Source of the DNA: an uncultured Planctomycetaceae bacterium
Lineage (GTDB): Bacteria; Planctomycetota; Planctomycetia; Pirellulales; PALSA-1355
Length of the DNA stretch: 64,000 nucleotides
NCBI GenBank assembly: GCA_963702015.1
Contig: OY969698.1
Location: 1,958,839 to 2,022,838, forward strand
Direction: 5' to 3'
Shown piece after piece: positions 31,077 to 41,167 of this stretch; position 1 is the first letter of the stretch, and every line of letters begins with the position of its first letter. The notes under the pieces were generated by a model, which saw only the letters and a list, made by a program, of their open reading frames with translations, made no database searches and was not told the origin of the DNA. The translations under genes were made by a program, and so were the position numbers.

Positions 31077-32924
31077 CTAACATACCCGCCTGCGCCCGTC
31101 GCCGCCAAGCATCGTTTCCGGCACCAGCGGCTGTTGGCTATGAGCGAGGGACTCGGCAACGAGCGAGATGGCGTACAACTTCGAGTCGCCGAAGGATTCG
31201 ACTTTCTGCGACAGGACTTTCGCTTCCGCCGCGCCGACGGAATTCACGCTTTCGGCTTTCCCGCGTCCTTCCAGCGCAATACTTTCGCTTTCAGCCCTGG
31301 CTGTCACAACCCTCCGCTCGGCGTCCTTGCGAGCTTTGGCGAGATCGGCCTCGGCCTGGTTGGAAGTAATTTCAATCTTGATCTTCGATTGGGTCAATTG
31401 TTCTTGCATCGTCGCCGTCGCCATGGCGTTGTTCAAATCCTTGCGTTTGTCGGCGGCCTGCTCCTGCTTGCTGTACGTTTCGATTTGCTCGAGCGACAAT
31501 TGGCGCAGGCGTAATTGCTCGAGCAGGTTTTCGATTTTGCCGTCATCGCTCTTGGATTCCGGTTTGCCGATCAACACGTCAACGCACTCGATGTCGAACT
31601 GCTCGAACTTGGCCTTCAGCTCCGTGCGCGCCTGGGCTTGAATTTCGTCGCGACTGTGCACTAGCTCCAACATGGTCTTTTTGTGAGCCACGTCACGGAA
31701 ATAGGCACTCAGCATCGGGTCGATGGTCTGGGTAATCAGCTTCTTCACATCTCCGAAACGCTGAATCACGTTGGGAGCCTTCTCGTAGTCGATATGCACG
31801 ACCACGCTGAGGGGCAAAATCGGCTCGTAGGCGTCCTTCGTAATCAGGTCGATCGACGTCAACGATTCGTCGAATTTGTGCCCCTCGCTCTTGCCCGTAA
31901 CCCAGTGCAACACGAAGTTGGTCGTCGGCACCCGAATAATCTGTCCGGCGTAGGTATTGAAGGGGTATTTGCCCGGGCCCAAGGTCGTTTCCCAGACGCC
32001 ACGTTCTCCGCGATGTACCCGCTCACCGTGCCGGAATTTAACGCCCGAGATGTCGCTTCCTTGTTTTCCGTAGTAGCTCACCACCACGCCGACCTCGCCG
32101 ATGGTCACCACTTCCTTGGGGATCAACTCGATCGTGGCAAACCAATGGTTCAGAAAATAAGTGCCGTCCAAAAGTGGGGCGTATTGCTTGCCTCGGCGGC
32201 CACCGGCTGCCAGGAACGCTTCGATATCCTGATAGTTGTTGTGATAATGCTCGTCAGTCGCCGACGTTCCCACTGGCGGGGCAATGATTTCGCCTGGTTC
32301 CAACGACGGGCCATCCTGCGTGGTCACAATACCGATACTATCGACCCGATGCGCGGCCGAACTGCCGACGATGACCGGATCGAACCCATCAACCGACGCC
32401 AGATGTTCCTGCCATTCGGCCAACGCCCGATCCCGATCGATCGAATAGACGCCATCCTCGGCGATCACATTGAATGCCGCCAGATTGATGGCATAAACAC
32501 CTTCTCGCAGAATCGCTCGCTGGCGACCTTTTTGCCCATGCGCAAGAAACGCTTGAACATCCTGGAAATGGTTGCAGTCGACAACCCTGCCCAACGTTTG
32601 ACTCGGGCCCAACGCTTCGCCGGCACGGGCAAAGACGTAGCCCAGTTTTCCCTGTTTGATCGTGATTAGCGGCCGTTTATGAACGGAATATTGCCATCGC
32701 CACAGTCCAAAATGCAATCCGCCGCGCAGCACAAGCGGTTGAAAACCGGCTTCACCGTTCAAGGCGACGATGGCACCTTCACCCAACGATCCTGCCGCCG
32801 ACCACAGTTTTTCAACGATCCCCACTTTGTCGTTGGGGATATACCGGGTCACGAACCATGTGAGGAAAACAATGACGACGGCAGCGACCAAGGTCAGGGC
32901 CGTCAGAGTGATAAACGTGTGCAA
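31077..32924 (-). CDS. SPFH/band-7 flotillin family protein (YqiK-like)
   Basis: 615 aa. N-terminal TM helix, SPFH domain, then a long Ala/Glu/Lys-rich coiled coil (EQLRLRQLSLEQIETYSKQEQAADKRKD...). Confidence 0.8.
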   Translation of the reverse strand: MHTFITLTALTLVAAVVIVFLTWFVTRYIPNDKVGIVEKLWSAAGSLGEGAIVALNGEAGFQPLVLRGGLHFGLWRWQYSVHKRPLITIKQGKLGYVFARAGEALGPSQTLGRVVDCNHFQDVQAFLAHGQKGRQRAILREGVYAINLAAFNVIAEDGVYSIDRDRALAEWQEHLASVDGFDPVIVGSSAAHRVDSIGIVTTQDGPSLEPGEIIAPPVGTSATDEHYHNNYQDIEAFLAAGGRRGKQYAPLLDGTYFLNHWFATIELIPKEVVTIGEVGVVVSYYGKQGSDISGVKFRHGERVHRGERGVWETTLGPGKYPFNTYAGQIIRVPTTNFVLHWVTGKSEGHKFDESLTSIDLITKDAYEPILPLSVVVHIDYEKAPNVIQRFGDVKKLITQTIDPMLSAYFRDVAHKKTMLELVHSRDEIQAQARTELKAKFEQFDIECVDVLIGKPESKSDDGKIENLLEQLRLRQLSLEQIETYSKQEQAADKRKDLNNAMATATMQEQLTQSKIKIEITSNQAEADLAKARKDAERRVVTARAESESIALEGRGKAESVNSVGAAEAKVLSQKVESFGDSKLYAISLVAESLAHSQQPLVPETMLGGDGRRRVC

Positions 32925-33324
32925 AGGATTGCCCCTCTGGAAAAGAACTCTCGTGCCTTGGCGGCACTCGACGCGATCGACTCACGGTTGTGCTGCGTTG
33001 GGCCGAGTCAGACGAATGAGCGGATGGTTGTTGACCCGGGGTGGGCGCCAAACTGCCAAGGAGAAATCGCCGCCCGTGCCGCCCGATGAGAGCAGGGTGG
33101 TCATTGCCTGGGGGTAAACTCGCCTGGCGAGCGTCGCCCCCAGCGCTGTGAGAAGTGTTTGGCTTTCTCCTTTGTGGAAGATCCGCGGCGAGACGGGATT
33201 GATTCTAGGGCACTGGAAACCGGGTGGTCAAGAAATCCTTCGCGGCAATTGAAAAAACTACGGCTGCGGAAAGGCCGTGCGATGCCCCACGGGGGCCGCA
33301 GCCGTCGGCGTGCGCCAAAGCGGA

Positions 33325-34095
33325 TTATTTTCCAGCCGCCTGCACGGACTTCCAGGCAATGGCCTGAAGGCGTTGGGCCTCGCCGTTGGTCAAGCCGCCA
33401 ATTCGTCCAGGAAGTCCTTCGGGAGTCTTGCCGAAGATGGTTGCGTAAAAGACGCACGCCGCCAAATAAGTGCCGGTCGCGCTGGGATGCTTGTGATCCG
33501 TGTCGTGCAGGATCAACTTCGGGTCGCTTCGCAAGGCCGTTTGCCAGGCGTTTCCGACAGGGGCTAGTCGAGCGTTCGATTCCCTCGATAGCCCTTCATA
33601 CGCTCTGCTGATCGCCGTCTGTTGTTCGGGTTTGTTCTGCAAGGCCCAAGTCTCATACAGGATCGTCGTGGCCCGCTGCTTCTTGATCTCGGCAGCGAAC
33701 TTCTTGCCGTACTCGAACATCGCATCACGTCGCAAAAGCGGTGCTTCGCTCTGGTCTTGAAGCACCACGAAATCCCAGTGACCCGACTGAATTCTTGAGA
33801 CTGCCTTGCGATCCTGCCAGTGTTTTTCAAGCGTATAGCCACCGGGCGTCTCGCTTTCGCAGTGCAGGGGTCGCTGCCGGCCAGCCTCGGCGAGTTCCGC
33901 CAGCATCCTTGGCAGGTCGTAGTAGTAGGTGAAGCTATTGCCAATAAACAGAATTCGGATTTCAGGCTTCGGTTCCGTTGCTCTGGAATGAACGACGAAC
34001 GGGGCAAGCAAAACAACAAAGGCCAGCGCACCGACCCCCAGCCGCAGTGCGGCGGCGACAAGCCGAGACATTAGGTTAAAGGAACGGAATGGCAT
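33325..34095 (-). CDS. SGNH/GDSL-type hydrolase (DUF4886-like), secreted
   Basis: Trimmed to the Met at 34095 (GGGAG RBS). Signal anchor, then IRILFIGNSFTYYYDLP (SGNH block I). Confidence 0.55.
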   Translation of the reverse strand: MPFRSFNLMSRLVAAALRLGVGALAFVVLLAPFVVHSRATEPKPEIRILFIGNSFTYYYDLPRMLAELAEAGRQRPLHCESETPGGYTLEKHWQDRKAVSRIQSGHWDFVVLQDQSEAPLLRRDAMFEYGKKFAAEIKKQRATTILYETWALQNKPEQQTAISRAYEGLSRESNARLAPVGNAWQTALRSDPKLILHDTDHKHPSATGTYLAACVFYATIFGKTPEGLPGRIGGLTNGEAQRLQAIAWKSVQAAGK

Positions 34096-34356
34096 GTGGT
34101 TCTCTTGCTCCCGCCCGAGTTCATCAAATTGGGTGCCGAGCAAGTATAGGTTTTCGCGGCGGGCCGAGAGGGGCGGACCGTCCGGTTTAGGTCGCCTCAC
34201 TTTGCTTTGATTGCGGTGGATCTCCGTGGCAAGGGCAGAAAATAACTGCCAACGGTGGTGGTTCGCCTACTCCCAATCGCTCGGCCCGGCATCTAAGATC
34301 GTTGCTGATGATAGCGGCCATCTAACTGCGCCATCCACTCCGAGGACGAACCAAAA

Positions 34357-35400
34357 ATGATTCGAGTCGGCATCGCGGGCATCGGCTTCATGGGCATGAT
34401 CCATTACCTGGCCTGGCAACGGGTCAAGGGTGCTCGGGTGACGGCCATCGCGTCGCGCGACAAAAGGAAACTGGCCGGCGATTGGCGCTCGATCAAAGGC
34501 AATTTCGGACCCGCCGGCGAGCAAATGGATTTGAAGGGTATCCGTACCCACAGCGAGCTGGATCAACTCATCGCCGATCCGGCGATCGATCTGGTCGATG
34601 TTTGCCTGCCTCCGCATCGGCACGCCGAGGTGACGATCGCGGCACTGGCGGCCGGCAAACACGTATTGTGTGAAAAACCGATCGCGCTCGATTCGCGGTC
34701 GGCGGTCAAGATGGTGCGGGCGGCCGAAAAGGCACAGCGCCAATTGCTCGTCGCCCACGTGTTGCCGTTCATGGGGGAGTTCGCCACGGCCTATAAACTT
34801 GCCAGCGGCGGCAAATATGGCCGGCTTTTGGGCGGCCATTTCAAACGCCTGGTGGCCGAGCCGAAGTGGATGCCCGATTTTTTCGATCCGGCCCGCGTCG
34901 GCGGACCGATGATCGACCTGCACATTCACGACGCCCATTTCATTCGGCTACTCTGCGGCATGCCGCGGGCCGTATTCACGACGGGCCGCTTGCGTGGCGC
35001 GGTGGCCGAGCTGTTCACGTCGCAATTTCTGTTCGACGACGCCCGACTGGCTGTCACCGCCACGAGCGGAGTGATCGGCCAGCAGGGGCGATCGTTCACG
35101 CACGGTTTCGAGATCCACCTGGAGCGGGCGACGCTGGCTTACGACTTTGCTGTCGTCGGCGACCAGCCGCGGGTGAACATCCCGCTGACGGCGTTCACGA
35201 CCGATGGCAAGGTCGCTGAGCCAGCGGTCGGATCGTCCGACCCGCTCGATGCTTTCGCGGCCGAATTGGCCGAAACGGTCCGTTCGATCCGCACCGGCCG
35301 GGTTTCGGCGCTGCTTTCGGGCGACCTGGCGCGCAACGCGCTGCTGCTGTGCGAGCGGCAAACCGCGTCGCTGGCGGCTGGCCGGCTGGTGAAAATCTGA
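34357..35400 (+). CDS. Gfo/Idh/MocA family oxidoreductase
   Basis: N-terminal NAD(P) Rossmann IRVGIAGIGFMGMIHY; EKP motif (VLCEKPIA). Confidence 0.8.
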   Translation: MIRVGIAGIGFMGMIHYLAWQRVKGARVTAIASRDKRKLAGDWRSIKGNFGPAGEQMDLKGIRTHSELDQLIADPAIDLVDVCLPPHRHAEVTIAALAAGKHVLCEKPIALDSRSAVKMVRAAEKAQRQLLVAHVLPFMGEFATAYKLASGGKYGRLLGGHFKRLVAEPKWMPDFFDPARVGGPMIDLHIHDAHFIRLLCGMPRAVFTTGRLRGAVAELFTSQFLFDDARLAVTATSGVIGQQGRSFTHGFEIHLERATLAYDFAVVGDQPRVNIPLTAFTTDGKVAEPAVGSSDPLDAFAAELAETVRSIRTGRVSALLSGDLARNALLLCERQTASLAAGRLVKI

Positions 35401-35627
35401 ACCGGTTGGCGAAACTGGATGGGTGATGCCGGCGGTAGCAACGGGTGCTGTAGCGGCCCGCCGTCGCGCTTCCGCATGGTGCTAACTGTCTCAGTCGCTG
35501 CGCGGGGAATGTTCGTTGAGGTTTATTTTTCTGGCGCCAGCGTCATGCGCCGCAGGTTTTCATCAAGCTGCGCCCCTGGTAGCGGTTGCGCCGGGGTCGG
35601 CCCAAAAAACCGGCGCGCGCAGGATTT

Positions 35628-35656
35628 TTGACCACGGGCAAATCGTGGCCTATATT
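35628..35656 (+). promoter_or_regulatory. near-consensus sigma-70-type promoter (TTGACC-N17-TATATT)
   Basis: ttgacc(35628-33) acgggcaaatcgtggcc tatatt(35651-56), ~110 nt upstream of the S41 peptidase start. Confidence 0.45.
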
Positions 35657-35764
35657 GAACGAGGCCCCCGGTTGCATGCCCGCTCCGCGCGCTCCTGCCC
35701 ACCGAGACCGACCCTGCTTTGACCGAGAGACTTTTCCCGCCCTCCAGGTGAGAAGATCTGTCCT

Positions 35765-37455
35765 ATGCGACAAGAGTCGACCGTGCTGCTTCGGACGTTT
35801 TGCACCGCCACCTGTGTTTGGGCTTTGGCCGCCAGTGCTTTGGAAGCGCAGCAGCGCGACCAGGGCGTGGCCGCCTCCGCTACGGCGGCCGACGAGGGCC
35901 AAATCGACAGCGTCGTGCGACGCGGTCAAAAGCTCGAAAACGAGCATCGCTGGGGCGAAGCCGTCACGCTCTACGAAGAAGCGCTGCGCAAAATCCCGCC
36001 GACCGCAGCCTGGCCACCCGGCACGAGCTGGCCAAGATTCATTACGATCTCGGCCGCCGCTACCACGATGCCAGTTTCCTGCGTTCGCTCGGCACCCTCG
36101 ATCAACGCGACGCGCTGACCCTGTATGGCGAAGTCCTCTCGAAAATCCAATCGCATTACGTGGCCGAGCCCGACTGGGCCGCATTGGTCCGCCGCGGCAC
36201 CGCCGGCCTGGAAGTGGCGCTGGGCGAAGCGACCTTTGCCCGGCAGGCCGGGTTGGGCGCCGGCAGGCCCGAAATCGACGCCTTTCGCCAGCGGCTTGTG
36301 CAGCAGATGCAAAGCCAGGCGATCGGCACCCGGCAACAGGCGATCGACGCGGTGACATTGGCCGTCAGCTTGGCGCGACAGCAATTGCGCCTGCAGCCGA
36401 CCGCCGTCATTTTGGAATATGCTTGCGGGGCCACCGGCAGCCTTGATGAGTATTCGGCCTTTCTGACCGCCGATCAACTGAACGACGTCTATTCGCAAAT
36501 CGAAGGCAACTTTGTCGGATTGGGCATCGAACTGAAAGCCCAGGACGGTGCCCTGCTGATTGTGAAAGTCATCACCGGCAGCCCGGCCGAACGTGCCGGG
36601 CTGAGGGCTCAGGACCGCATCGTCGCGGTCGGCAGCCGCACGACGACCGATCTTTCGACCGATCAGGCAGCCGACTTGCTGCAAGGGGCCGAAGGGACGG
36701 TGGTCGAGTTGACCATCCAAAGTCCTAATTCGGCGGCTCGCAAACTGGCCGTCCGCCGGCAGCACGTCGAGGTTCCGAGCATCGACGACGTCAAAATCGC
36801 CGACCGCGAAAACGGCATCGGCTACTTGAAGCTGACCTGCTTTCAAAAGACGACCAGCCGCGATCTCGACGCCGCTCTGTGGCGGCTGAATCGCGAGGGG
36901 ATGCGCAGCCTGATCATGGACTTGCGCGGCAACCCGGGCGGATTGCTCACCTCGTCGGTCGAAGTGGCCGACAAGTTCGTGGATGAGGGAGTGATCGTTT
37001 CCACCCGTGGACGAAGCTCGCTGGAAGACTACAACTACACGGCCCACAAGGCCGGTACCTGGGCCAAAGAGCACCTGCCACTGGTCGTGTTGATCGACGG
37101 CGACAGCGCCAGCGCCAGCGAGATTTTCGCCGGTGCGATCCGCGATCATCGTCGAGGCACGATCGTCGGCCAGCGGAGCTATGGCAAGGGTTCGGTCCAG
37201 GGAATCTTTCCTTTGACCGCAGCCGGAGCGGGAGTGCGACTGACGACGGCCAAGTTCTATTCGCCCAGTGGCGCCGCGATCAGCAAGGTAGGGGTTTCGC
37301 CCGACATCGAAGTTCGTCGCGTCGCCAAAGCGACCGACGACGCTCCCAGCGCCGGCGCCGACCAGGACGACGTCCTGTCGGCCGCCCTCACCCACCTGCG
37401 CACCGCTGGCCGTGGCCCGACTGCCTCAGGCATTCCCCGGTTGTTGTCGAAGTAA
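35765..37455 (+). CDS. S41 family C-terminal processing peptidase (PDZ + S41), with a frameshift near 36000
   Basis: ORF 35765..36118 (signal peptide + ...EEALRKIP) and ORF 35800..37455 (...ADRSLATRHELAKIHY..., PDZ, DLRGNPGG..., SASASE) join if one C is added to a CCC run. Confidence 0.7.
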
Positions 37456-37585
37456 CCGGCCGCCGGCCGATCCGCACGACCCTGCCGGCATCGCATCGTG
37501 TCTCGCTGGTTTGCCTTGCCGCCTGCCGACCGTCACACTCGATCGCTATTCCGCCGGAATTGGCAGCCGCCGTATACTGCCGCCG

Positions 37586-38080
37586 ATGAGCAGCATCCGC
37601 GTGGCCTCACTGACTGTCCGAAAACCGCCTCGGAGGAGGGGACAGTCCCATTTTGCTCCGAGGACTGCGCAAAATCGGGACAGTCCCCGGCGATTCTCGG
37701 ATAGGCTCTCTGCCGCAATCCTCGCCGCGACGGTCGTTTCCACCGTTTTCGGTTGCGCTCTTTTCGAGCCAGCCGGGTCGATGCCCTATCGGGGCGAGCC
37801 GGCCGAGCTTTGTAACGTCCCGGGGCGCAAAGCCTTGGCCGACCGGATCGCCGCTCGCGGCGGGCTGCTCGTTCCGCAGGAGAACGACTGGGACAACAGC
37901 GTCGACGCGGCCACCAAAGAGAAGATGGGCCCGCCGCTGGCCAGTGTCGTCCTGCCGCAAGACCGGTTCAGCGCCCAGGACGTCGCCGAGGCGCAGGTCC
38001 GTTTCCCCGAGGCTCAGGTCAGCTCGCCGCTCACGCTCGACGAGTACCACGAGGCCGGTCAAACCGAAGACGACGACTGA
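37586..38080 (+). CDS. putative lipoprotein (acidic C-terminus)
   Basis: Lipobox-like AATVVSTVFGC after a long basic N-region. Start codon uncertain; the ORF contains the palindrome at 37638..37688. Confidence 0.3.
   Translation: MSSIRVASLTVRKPPRRRGQSHFAPRTAQNRDSPRRFSDRLSAAILAATVVSTVFGCALFEPAGSMPYRGEPAELCNVPGRKALADRIAARGGLLVPQENDWDNSVDAATKEKMGPPLASVVLPQDRFSAQDVAEAQVRFPEAQVSSPLTLDEYHEAGQTEDDD
37638..37688. repeat. near-perfect inverted repeat: 19-nt arms with a 12-nt spacer; each arm embeds the palindromic 11-mer GGGACAGTCCC
   Basis: ggggacagtcccattttgc-tccgaggactgc-gcaaaatcgggacagtcccc, directly after a GGAGGAGG stretch. Confidence 0.5.
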
Positions 38081-38168
38081 CGGCTTCGATTCTCACGTCG
38101 GCGATCTTCACGGCGCTGCGGCACCGCACTGGCCGGCTGCCGGACTCACAAAAAATTTGATTCCTGGA

Positions 38169-38215
38169 TTGACACTCCCGGCGCCTGTGCTACGATGACT
38201 CGATGTACGTCGTAC
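38169..38215 (+). promoter_or_regulatory. candidate promoter (TTGACA-N16-TACGAT) plus dyad GTACGTCGTAC upstream of the BlaI-family repressor gene
   Basis: ttgaca 38169-74, tacgat 38191-96, dyad 38205-15, located between the -10 and the RBS. Confidence 0.4.
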
Positions 38216-38241
38216 TGACGTAGAAAGGAAACTCACCGCCG

Positions 38242-38643
38242 ATGCACAAGAATTCGAAACCGATTCCCGTCCTGGGTCAGTTGCAGAGCGAGGTCCTCGA
38301 GCTGGTTTGGCAGCGAGGCGAGGCGACCGTGGCCGACGTGCTCAAGCATCTCGGCAAGAATCGCACGATGATCTACACCACCGTGCTGGTGGCGATGCAA
38401 AAGTTGGAGAAGAAGGGCTGGCTGACTCATCGCGTGGAAGGCCGGGCCTATGTCTATCGGCCGGCTCGTTCGCGGGCCAGTGCCCAGGCCGGCGTGTTGA
38501 GCGAAATGCTCGACGCGGTTTTTGGCGGCGATCCCAAACTGCTGGTGACCCAACTACTCGACGCCCGGCCTTGGACGCCCGACGAGTTGGCCGGATTGCG
38601 GCATTTGATCGAGGCCCGCCGGAAGGAGAAACGCCATGCGTGA
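38242..38643 (+). CDS. BlaI/MecI/CopY family transcriptional repressor
   Basis: 133 aa. Winged-helix N-terminus (SEVLELVWQRGEATVADVLKHL...TTVLVAMQKLEKKGWL); stop overlaps the start of the M56 gene by 8 nt. Confidence 0.8.
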   Translation: MHKNSKPIPVLGQLQSEVLELVWQRGEATVADVLKHLGKNRTMIYTTVLVAMQKLEKKGWLTHRVEGRAYVYRPARSRASAQAGVLSEMLDAVFGGDPKLLVTQLLDARPWTPDELAGLRHLIEARRKEKRHA

Positions 38644-40711
38644 CTTGTGGAACCTGCTGCCCGCATCAGGATGGGAGCGCCTGGCGGTCGACGCCGTCTG
38701 GCAGAGCACCGGGATTGCTGCTGTCGCGCTCGTCGCCGCGTGGCTCGTGCGCCGGCGGCCGGCACTGCGGGCGGCGATTCTTCTGTCGGCGGCGGCCCTT
38801 TCGCTCGCCGTTCCGCTGTTGTCGACCGCCGTTCGGTGGAGCGGCGGTGGATTGCTCTCGCCGCCGGATCGCGGCGGCAATTGGACCTTATTGGTCGACC
38901 GTGCGGTTCGTGTGGCCGATCGGCCGGGCGCGACCTTCATGATACCTGCCGACGCCATCACCGAGACGCGAATCGACGCTGGTCCTGCAAAGGCAAAGCC
39001 GATTACGGCCGGTTGGGCATTTCGTTCCTGGCCTTGGTTGGCCGGCTGCTGGCTCGTGGCGTCGGGGTTTCTGACCCTACGCCTTTTGCGTGGGGTCGTT
39101 GCCGTGCGGCGCTGGATCAAGATGGCCACGCCCTGCCACGACCGAAAAATCGAGTCGGCACTTGCCCGGGCCGCCGAGGCGATTGGAGCGCGTCGGCCGG
39201 AATTGCTCTGGAGCCCGGCGTTCGACTCGCCGGCGCTGGTCGTGCTGGGTCGAGCCCGGCTGCTGCTGCCGGCCGAGATGCCGGCGGACGTCGATTGGTT
39301 CGCGATTTTTTGTCACGAGCTTGCACATCGTGCCCGACGGGACGACCTGAGCCGATTGGTGGTCGAGCTGGCGATGATCACGTTGCCGTGGCAGCCGCTG
39401 TTGTGGGTCGTGCGGCGACGGTTTCGAGCGGCCTGCGAAGAGGCGTGCGACGACTGGGCCGTGGCCGCCGGTGCCGATCCGGTCGAGTTCGCCTCGCTGC
39501 TGGTGGCGTTGGTCCCCGAGCGTCGCCCGGCGTTTGCATTGGGCATGGCCGAGAGTGCGTCGGCTACTCGACATCGCATCCTGCGGCTCTTGGCGATGCA
39601 GGGAGCGGTGCATCCGCGGTTGGGGATGCTGCTCGGTGCGGCGGGCTGCGTTGCGGCCGTCGCCCTGGCGATTACGTTGGCCCTGTTGCAATTCAATTCG
39701 CGGGCGCGGCTGAGCGATCCGATTGGGCGGGAGAGGGATTGGGCTCCCGACCGGGCCCCAGGCACGCCCCGCGGTACCGCGGCGGATGCCAAAGCGATCC
39801 CGGCCACCGAGGGCAATCGCCCGGCCGGGCCTCCGTGGGGCCTTACGCCGCTGCCAACGGCCGTCGCGCGGGCGGCCGGCGCGCTGCCGAAGAACGCCGG
39901 TCGGCCGGCGCCTTATGTCATCGAGCCGCCGGACATTCTGCTGATCGACGCCGTGAAGTTGGTCCCCAAATCTCCTTATCACATCGAACCGCTCGACGTG
40001 CTCAAGGTCCTGGTGGCGAATCCCCTCATCGAACAACCAATCAGCGGGCCATACCCCGTCGATACCGAGGGAGCAATCGATCTTGGACCGGCCTATGGCA
40101 AAGTGTTGGTCGCAGGCCAAACGGTCGACGAAGCTCGTAAGACCGTGGAAACCCATCTGAAGACTGTGCTCCCAGATCCACAGGTTTCCCTCAGTTTGAG
40201 CCAAACCGATGGCCAGCAGCAGATTGCCGGCGAACACCTGGTCGGACCCGACGGCACGGTCAACGTTGGAACCTATGGCACGGTCTACGTGGCCGGTCTG
40301 ACGATTGCCGAGGCGAAAGCGGCCGTCGAAGCTCAATTGTCGAACTACCTGGAACAACCACGAGTGTCGGTCGACGTCTTTAGCTACAACAGCAAGGTCT
40401 ATTACGTCATCACACGCGGGGCCGGCGGTGACACGATCGTCCGCGTGCCGATCACGGGCAACGAAACGGTTCTCGATGCCCTGGCACAACAGCCCGGCGG
40501 AATCATTCCCAACCCGAACGATTGCTGGGTCTGGGTAGCTCGTTCGGCGAGCCGGCCGGCAACGGCCGAGCCGCAGCGCGGCGGCGAAGGGCGAACCTTC
40601 CACGGAGCGGGACGTCTTCGCCACTGCGGACGGCGTGGTCGACGAAGTGATGGTCGACCACGGCGATTGGGTCAGACAAGGCCAGGTGCTTGTCCGGTTG
40701 CACAATCCTGA
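38636..40711 (+). CDS. BlaR1-like M56 family membrane metallopeptidase fused to polysaccharide-export (Wza-like SLBB) domains; C-terminal boundary uncertain
   Basis: TM segments plus HExxH (FCHELAHRARRDD). C-terminal part has Poly_export/SLBB-like repeats (YVIEPPDILLIDAVKLVPK..., GTVNVGTYGTVYVAGLTIAEAKAAVEAQL). The last ~55 codons read as out-of-frame junk. Confidence 0.6.
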   Translation: MRDLWNLLPASGWERLAVDAVWQSTGIAAVALVAAWLVRRRPALRAAILLSAAALSLAVPLLSTAVRWSGGGLLSPPDRGGNWTLLVDRAVRVADRPGATFMIPADAITETRIDAGPAKAKPITAGWAFRSWPWLAGCWLVASGFLTLRLLRGVVAVRRWIKMATPCHDRKIESALARAAEAIGARRPELLWSPAFDSPALVVLGRARLLLPAEMPADVDWFAIFCHELAHRARRDDLSRLVVELAMITLPWQPLLWVVRRRFRAACEEACDDWAVAAGADPVEFASLLVALVPERRPAFALGMAESASATRHRILRLLAMQGAVHPRLGMLLGAAGCVAAVALAITLALLQFNSRARLSDPIGRERDWAPDRAPGTPRGTAADAKAIPATEGNRPAGPPWGLTPLPTAVARAAGALPKNAGRPAPYVIEPPDILLIDAVKLVPKSPYHIEPLDVLKVLVANPLIEQPISGPYPVDTEGAIDLGPAYGKVLVAGQTVDEARKTVETHLKTVLPDPQVSLSLSQTDGQQQIAGEHLVGPDGTVNVGTYGTVYVAGLTIAEAKAAVEAQLSNYLEQPRVSVDVFSYNSKVYYVITRGAGGDTIVRVPITGNETVLDALAQQPGGIIPNPNDCWVWVARSASRPATAEPQRGGEGRTFHGAGRLRHCGRRGRRSDGRPRRLGQTRPGACPVAQS

Positions 40712-41135
40712 ACTCCAGGCGAGCGCCATCGATTTGCAAGGCAAGTTGTCGTCCACACAAAAGAAAATGAACGATCTTCGTGCCGCGCTCGATCAACCAA
40801 GCGGCGACGACGAGCAGCGAAGCCACAATGAAGCGGAACTTGCCGAGCAGCAAAAGCTTGAAATCAGCTACAAGGAGCAGCTCAAACTGCTGCAGAAAAA
40901 AATCGAGCAACTCGCCGTCACCAGTCCGATCGACGGCCAGATCGAAACCTGGCATCCGAGCGAGCTGTTGCTCCACCGTCCCGTGAGACAGGGCCAAGTC
41001 CTGATGAGTATTGCCGCGTCGGAACTCGTGCTGCCGGTCGATTGGAAACGTGTCGTCGAAGGGACCGACACGATGAGCAACTGGCGGATTCAGCCCGGCG
41101 ACCGGATTTTCGTCTGCCAGAAGCCAAGGCGCTAG
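40635..41135 (+). CDS. HlyD/membrane-fusion-like (biotin-lipoyl + coiled-coil) domain protein, possibly the frameshifted C-terminus of the upstream gene
   Basis: Frame opens at 40539; ...ERDVFATADGVVDEVMVDHGDWVRQGQVLVRLHNPELQASAIDLQGKL... then a coiled coil and ...SPIDGQIETW...RQGQVLMSI. Confidence 0.35.
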   Translation: MVDEVMVDHGDWVRQGQVLVRLHNPELQASAIDLQGKLSSTQKKMNDLRAALDQPSGDDEQRSHNEAELAEQQKLEISYKEQLKLLQKKIEQLAVTSPIDGQIETWHPSELLLHRPVRQGQVLMSIAASELVLPVDWKRVVEGTDTMSNWRIQPGDRIFVCQKPRR

Positions 41136-41167
41136 ACGCCCGCCGGGCGCCTTGAGCTAACTGCCGC

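Noticed and set aside
35971-37395. 474-aa minus-strand ORF
   Set aside because: Fully antisense to the S41 peptidase, which has clear PDZ and S41 motifs; composition typical of a spurious GC-rich ORF.
39077-40756. 559-aa minus-strand ORF
   Set aside because: Antisense to the M56/SLBB gene; no domain signal; Arg/Pro/Gly-rich.
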